Positions 15,941 to 20,751 of a stretch of 20,751 nucleotides of DNA are shown here, one piece after another (position 1 is the stretch's first letter; every line of letters begins with the position of its first letter). A model generated the notes under the pieces. It was not told where the DNA came from. It saw only the letters and a list, made by a program, of their open reading frames with translations, and made no database searches. Where the stretch lies: NCBI GenBank assembly GCA_049967855.1, contig JBMFRX010000020.1, positions 1 to 20,751 on the forward strand. The letters are read 5' to 3'. The DNA is from Caldisericaceae bacterium. GTDB lineage: Bacteria > Caldisericota > Caldisericia > Caldisericales > Caldisericaceae. A program made the translations under genes and the position numbers.

Positions 15941-17173
15941 ATGAGCCTGAAGAAAATATTCCTTTCATTCTCGTTGCAAGGAGCAGCACTATCTGCAATT
16001 AACTTGGTGTTGAGCCTGTTTGTAGTAACAGGATTGGGCGGAAATGTTAAGAATGCTTCAATAGTTGTTGCTCTCTTTTCTATGGGCAACCTTTTTGGAT
16101 CGATACTGAGTAGTATGATTCTTGATAAACTCAAGAGCGTCTCGCGTTTAGTTTTTGCAAGTTTGTTAGGAAGCGCAGCACTTACCGTTCTAATAGCTTT
16201 CGTAAAAATTCTGTGGGTGTATTATTTGTTGTCCCTGGTTCTCGGAACTATCATTACTCTAATAGGTCCTGCGCTAACACTGCATCTTAACAAAATTCTT
16301 GATGACCTTGCATACAGAAAAGGTATAAACTATCTCAACCTCTTTAATAGCATTGGACAAACAGTGGGAATGTTGATGGGAAGCCTCATACTCCAGGTTT
16401 TCTCGTTTATGAAAGATCCTTACAAAATGCGGTCTGTATTCATAATATCGGGAATATTGCTGTTTATTGCAAGTATAATTATATCGGAAAAAGACCAGGG
16501 CCTCAAGTACAAAAGGAAAGTATCCATCTATTCAACGCAATTCCTCTTTACCAAGCTTATAGAGTTCCCCAAGAAAGTATTTGATGTTCTCAATGTGAGA
16601 AAACTTGACAGCCACTCAAAGAAGTTTATGCTTGCAGTATTTCTTGCATTCTTTGGTGTCAACATTGTGTTTTCGGTATTCTCAATCTACCTTAAAATCT
16701 ACCTTAATTTGACTTCACAATCTGTCTTCCTGCTGTATGCTATAAACAGCCTTGCTGCAAATGGAGCATTTTACCTGACAGGTCTTGTAAACAATAGAAG
16801 CAAGGATAGACTTTTTGTAAGGTCGGTTTTATTTTTGAGAGCTTCATTGTTTCTATTGATGGGTATGGTTGGATACCTTCACTTTGCTTATGCAAACATT
16901 ATTATTTTTACAAGTTTTGTGGTTATCGGATTCAGCTGGCCATTCTTCTATGTTCCTCTATCCGTTGAGATTGTTCACCTCACTCAACCAGACACAAGAG
17001 GAAGAATAATAGGATTTTTCAATATCACAATAAACTCTGCCGTTATACTTGCATCATTCATTGCAGGCTTTGTAGCACTTAGGTTTGGATATGTGGCAAC
17101 CTTTGTGATAGGTTCGTTTTTCGTTATTGCAGGAGAAGTAATTTTCTCAAAGATAATAGGAGTAAATACGTAA
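15941..17173 (+). CDS. Major facilitator superfamily transporter
   Basis: About 12 hydrophobic segments in two halves with a central hydrophilic loop; motif-A-like SMILDKLKS; TRGRIIGFFN. Start placed at ATG 15941 (after GAGGAG and downstream of the promoter) rather than 15878. Confidence 0.85.
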   Translation: MSLKKIFLSFSLQGAALSAINLVLSLFVVTGLGGNVKNASIVVALFSMGNLFGSILSSMILDKLKSVSRLVFASLLGSAALTVLIAFVKILWVYYLLSLVLGTIITLIGPALTLHLNKILDDLAYRKGINYLNLFNSIGQTVGMLMGSLILQVFSFMKDPYKMRSVFIISGILLFIASIIISEKDQGLKYKRKVSIYSTQFLFTKLIEFPKKVFDVLNVRKLDSHSKKFMLAVFLAFFGVNIVFSVFSIYLKIYLNLTSQSVFLLYAINSLAANGAFYLTGLVNNRSKDRLFVRSVLFLRASLFLLMGMVGYLHFAYANIIIFTSFVVIGFSWPFFYVPLSVEIVHLTQPDTRGRIIGFFNITINSAVILASFIAGFVALRFGYVATFVIGSFFVIAGEVIFSKIIGVNT

Positions 17174-17211
17174 GGTAAGGACTCCAAATACCTGACACTA
17201 ACTAATGCGAA

Positions 17212-18066
17212 TCACCCTCCGACTTTATAGACAAACGTAATAAACGGGTCTCTTCCGTCAATTCTAATTCTCCTCAGAATAAGATGGTTGGAATCTTTGT
17301 TTGCAACACCAGGTATTTCGGTTGTCGCCATATTGTAGCCAAATTTTTTGAGTACCTGAATTGCAGTATAAGAATAACCCCCAAAAGGATAACAGAACGA
17401 TGTCGGGGTGTAGCTTAAGTATTTTTTAATATCGCTCGTAGAAGAGCCAACTTCATATAGAATAATCGCCTTAGAGCGCTTTCCGAGGTTAACATGGTCT
17501 CTTGTATGAGAGCCAACTTCACAAAGTCCACTATTCAACATTTCCAAAATCTCGCTTCTCTTCATATAAAAATGAGTATTTCGGTTAATATAGCGAGTTA
17601 TAAGAAACAAAACAAAGTGAAAATGATGTTCTTTTAATAAGGGGTAGGCATATTGAAACACACCCTGGTCACCGTCATCAAAAGTCAGAACTATGGGTTT
17701 TTGAGGCATAGGCGTATTCCCTTTCCAAATATCATCAAGCTCCTTAAGTGTAATAGGCGTAAAATTATTCTTATAAAGATAGTCTATCATCTCACCGAAA
17801 AGCTTAGGTTGTATGGTCAACGATTTAGACAAGTTGCTCGAGTTATCGCTCCAAGGACCTACGTTATGAAACATCAAAATTGGAACTGCTTCGTTGTTAG
17901 AAATGGTGTCCTTGCTCTGTATTAGGGGTTTCACATAGAAATCAACAGGGATAGCATCAAGAAAACCGTCAAAATATTTGTAGGAATAAACATCCGCATT
18001 GCTTCCTGGATTGAGAAAAAGCAAGACTGAAATAACAATAACAAACAAAATAACTACTTTTTTCAT
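17212..18066 (-). CDS. Polysaccharide deacetylase (CE4/NodB, IcaB/PgaB-like), exported
   Basis: PILMFHNV, VLTFDDG, VGSHTRDH, FCYPFG and RIRI motifs; N-terminal signal or anchor MKKVVILFVIVISVLLFL. Confidence 0.9.
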   Translation of the reverse strand: MKKVVILFVIVISVLLFLNPGSNADVYSYKYFDGFLDAIPVDFYVKPLIQSKDTISNNEAVPILMFHNVGPWSDNSSNLSKSLTIQPKLFGEMIDYLYKNNFTPITLKELDDIWKGNTPMPQKPIVLTFDDGDQGVFQYAYPLLKEHHFHFVLFLITRYINRNTHFYMKRSEILEMLNSGLCEVGSHTRDHVNLGKRSKAIILYEVGSSTSDIKKYLSYTPTSFCYPFGGYSYTAIQVLKKFGYNMATTEIPGVANKDSNHLILRRIRIDGRDPFITFVYKVGG

Positions 18067-18072
18067 AAAAAT

Positions 18073-18078
18073 ATTATA
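18073..18078 (-). promoter_or_regulatory. -10 box of a probable leaderless promoter for the deacetylase gene
   Basis: Minus-strand TATAAT followed by only 6 nt (ATTTTT) before the ATG; no SD. Confidence 0.5.
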
Positions 18079-18125
18079 CTCAAAAACGTTTTTTCAGAAG
18101 CACTTTTGAATACTCAAGTTTGCAT

Positions 18126-19391
18126 TTAGGTTTGCTCACTCAGCTTATGATTAATCTCATTTATGTCAATGCCAAATTTGGCTCTTAATGCTTCGAGGGC
18201 ACTGAGCGAGCCAACTTTGGAATGCTCGTAATAAATTCCTCCTTGAAGGTAAGCCACATATGGTTCCACCATTGGAGCGTCAGCAGAAAGTTCGATAGAC
18301 GAGCCCTGCACGAAAGTTCCAGCTGCCATAAGAATTTCATTGCCGTAACCTGCAAGAGGTGAAGGCTCTATCTGAGCATCAGAATCGACAGGCGACGAAT
18401 TTTGTATAGCCTGGGCAAACGTGATGAGCTTTTCCGCGTTATCAAATCTTATCGCCTGAACTATGTCGCTTCTTGTTTCATTGAATTTGGGTTTCACATC
18501 GAAGCCAGCTACTCCGAAAAGTTTTGAGGCAAAAACTGCGCCTTTGACGGCATTCGAAACGACAAGTGGAGCATAAAAAACTCCCTGAAGAAAAAGCCTT
18601 GTTAAGCCAAGCATAGGTCCTATTTCGCGTCCAACGCCAGGTGCTGTAAGCATTGCTTCAATTTTCCGTATATACTTCTCCTTCCCTGCAATGTAACCGC
18701 CTGTCGGAGTAATGCCCCCTCCCATATTTTTAATCAGAGAACCAACAACAACATCTGCACCAACTTCAGAAGGTTCAATATTTTGGACAAACTCCCCATA
18801 GCAGTTGTCAACCATTATGCAAACGCCTGGTTTTATTTCTCTAACTTTTTGAATGGCACTTTTTATTTCATCAATTGTAAGCGATCTCTTGAACGAGTAA
18901 CCACCAGAACGCTGTATTGCAACAACTGATGCCTTCCCTACCTTATCTTGCTCAAAAGTGTCTCTAAGGTCAAAACGGTCAAAACTAATTCCATAGTCGG
19001 CAAGCGAGCCTTCAACTTTTCTTATCCCGATTATGCCCTCTCCCGTTTCATAAGGCTCACCTGAAATGTAGAGTAAATTATCTCCTGGCCTCAACAAGCC
19101 AAATAAAGCAGTTGAAATAGCATGAGTGCCTGAAACAATTTGAGGACGAACAATCGCAGCTTCGGTACCAAAAATGCGCGCATAAACCTCTTCAACCTTC
19201 TCACGTCCTGGATCGTTATACCCATAACCTGATGTGTCTCTAAAATCAATGTCATGCACTTGAGATTCCTGAAATGCATTAAGAACCTTCAAAAAGTTCT
19301 TGCCTCTAATGCCATCGATTTCCTTAAAAATGCCTTCAAGACTATTTTCGATATTCTCACCAATCGTCAAAATTTCATTGCTTATTTTCAT
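18126..19391 (-). CDS. ynbB: YnbB-like PLP-dependent protein (methionine gamma-lyase / 'aluminium resistance' family)
   Basis: GYGYNDPGR, VRPQIVSGTHAI, IQRSGGY, VDNCYGEF, PLP-lysine motif GSLIKNMGGG and GTFVQGSSIELSADAP; SD AAGGAG. Confidence 0.9.
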   Translation of the reverse strand: MKISNEILTIGENIENSLEGIFKEIDGIRGKNFLKVLNAFQESQVHDIDFRDTSGYGYNDPGREKVEEVYARIFGTEAAIVRPQIVSGTHAISTALFGLLRPGDNLLYISGEPYETGEGIIGIRKVEGSLADYGISFDRFDLRDTFEQDKVGKASVVAIQRSGGYSFKRSLTIDEIKSAIQKVREIKPGVCIMVDNCYGEFVQNIEPSEVGADVVVGSLIKNMGGGITPTGGYIAGKEKYIRKIEAMLTAPGVGREIGPMLGLTRLFLQGVFYAPLVVSNAVKGAVFASKLFGVAGFDVKPKFNETRSDIVQAIRFDNAEKLITFAQAIQNSSPVDSDAQIEPSPLAGYGNEILMAAGTFVQGSSIELSADAPMVEPYVAYLQGGIYYEHSKVGSLSALEALRAKFGIDINEINHKLSEQT

Positions 19392-20295
19392 ATATGAACT
19401 CCTTTAGTAAACTCTCAATAAGTGGCAACACGTTCTGCAAATCGGAGCTATCAAACCATATCACATTTTTCTCTTTCTTGAACCATGTAACCTGTCTTTT
19501 TGCAAAGTTACGGGTTCTTTGTTTAATCAATTCCTTTGCTTCATCAAGGCTGCACTTCCCTCCGATATAATCAATTGTCTCCTTGTAGCCAATTGCCTGA
19601 ATAGCAGTTTTAGACCAACTCTTATATTCAGTAAGCAAATTTCTCACTTCTTCTACAAGGCCTTCATTAAACATCATTTCTACTCGCTGGTTTATGCCTT
19701 CGTACATTTTATCCCTTTCCTGCATTAAACCGATTTTCAAGAATTCAAAGTCTGGCTCAAGATTTGTGTAAGATCCAATTGTTTTGCCTGTTTTCTTGAA
19801 ATACTCAACAACCCGCACGAGCCTCTTTCGGTCATTTGCACCAATTCTCTTGGAAGATTCAGGGTCAATTGCTTTAGCAATTTCTCTGAGCTTGTCAATT
19901 GGCAAATTATTGAGTTCACCTCTTATTTTATCGTCAGGTTCGACGTTTTCTTCCAATGGAAAATTTTCAGTGATCGCCCTTATGTACAACCCTGAGCCTC
20001 CAACAATAACAGGGATAAAACCTCTCCCAAGAATCTCCTTTATAATGTTGGAAACTTCATTCTTGTAACGAGCTACACTGTATTCCTGAGAGATATCTAT
20101 AATATCAATCATATGATGAGGTATTCTCAATCGAATCTCCTCAGGGACTTTCGCTGTGCCTATATCCATACCTCTGTAGAACTGCATAGAGTCAGCTGAA
20201 ATTATCTCAAGCGGATACTTGCTTGCAAGATACAATGCAACTTCACTTTTATGAGTATTGGTTGCTCCAAGAATCACAACAACTTTATCAGCCAT
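19375..20295 (-). CDS. miaA: tRNA (adenosine37-N6)-dimethylallyltransferase
   Basis: EIISADSMQFYRGMDIGTAK, PHHMIDI, VGGSGLY, QAIGYKE and TRNFAKRQVTWF. ATG 20295 preferred over TTG 20301. Confidence 0.95.
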   Translation of the reverse strand: MADKVVVILGATNTHKSEVALYLASKYPLEIISADSMQFYRGMDIGTAKVPEEIRLRIPHHMIDIIDISQEYSVARYKNEVSNIIKEILGRGFIPVIVGGSGLYIRAITENFPLEENVEPDDKIRGELNNLPIDKLREIAKAIDPESSKRIGANDRKRLVRVVEYFKKTGKTIGSYTNLEPDFEFLKIGLMQERDKMYEGINQRVEMMFNEGLVEEVRNLLTEYKSWSKTAIQAIGYKETIDYIGGKCSLDEAKELIKQRTRNFAKRQVTWFKKEKNVIWFDSSDLQNVLPLIESLLKEFIYENKQ

Positions 20296-20749
20296 CGGCA
20301 AGAGTTCCTTTTAAATGGAAGGCATCGGCAGAAAGGATTCTCACCTTAACTATTTGGCCTTTTTTCAAACTGCCTCCATTTTCAATTATCACAAGCTTAT
20401 CCTCAGGACTTCTTCCGTAAGCTTTTGCGCCATTAAGGTTTTCTACAAGCACTTCAACATTTCTACCAATGTAAGATGAGTTTTTTTCGACTGTGATTGC
20501 ATTTTCAACGGAAAGCAACCTATTCAAACGGTCATTCTTGATTGCATCATCAACCTGAGGCATCCTTGCAGCAGGCGTGTTCTTGCGCACAGAGTAAGCG
20601 GCCGTAAATACCTTGTCAAAACGTACTTCTTTAACAAGGCTTTCTGTCAGGAGAAAATCTTCTTCAGTTTCGGTTGGAAAACCAACGATAATGTCGCTTG
20701 TGAAAGACGCACTGCCAAAATTTCTTCTTATTCGGCTTATAAGGCTAAG
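20288..20749 (-). CDS. miaB: tRNA-2-methylthio-N6-dimethylallyladenosine synthase MiaB, C-terminal part (5' end outside window)
   Basis: Frame open to the window edge: ...FTSDIIVGFPTETEEDF...VRFDKVFTAAYSVRKNTPAA followed by a TRAM domain; adjacent to miaA. Confidence 0.85.
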   Translation of the reverse strand, partial: LSLISRIRRNFGSASFTSDIIVGFPTETEEDFLLTESLVKEVRFDKVFTAAYSVRKNTPAARMPQVDDAIKNDRLNRLLSVENAITVEKNSSYIGRNVEVLVENLNGAKAYGRSPEDKLVIIENGGSLKKGQIVKVRILSADAFHLKGTLADG

Positions 20750-20751
20750 AT

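Noticed and set aside
17174..17211. Bidirectional terminator between the MFS and deacetylase genes
   Set aside because: Only a weak AGGTA/TACCT pairing and no U-tracts.

Overview
AT-rich bacterial chromosomal region made almost entirely of housekeeping genes in Firmicutes-like (Terrabacteria-type) order; the taxon cannot be fixed from sequence alone. Plus strand: holB (5' partial), ricT/yaaT, TIGR00725 LOG-family protein, Rad50/SbcC ATPase, L,D-transpeptidase, gamma-carbonic anhydrase family protein, tRNA-Ala(GGC), leuS, rpmF, a probable decayed plsX fragment, rnc, ftsY, ylxM, ffh, rpsP, khpA, ylqD, trmD, a second SPOUT methyltransferase and an MFS transporter. Minus strand: EamA/DMT transporter, CE4 polysaccharide deacetylase, ynbB-like PLP enzyme, miaA and miaB (5' partial). 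I found no CRISPR array, mobile element, prophage or recognisable defence system, and no clear-cut new multi-gene system. The best leads are small-scale: (1) ffh apparently starts at a non-canonical ATT and is in frame with ylxM across a single TAG; (2) a plsX relic that now forms a hairpin upstream of rnc; (3) a Rad50 without Mre11/SbcD, coupled to a LOG nucleosidase; (4) an atypical tRNA-Ala(GGC) anticodon loop; (5) degenerate MiaA and TrmD motifs; (6) a hairpin in place of rimM in front of trmD; (7) a probable leaderless deacetylase mRNA.
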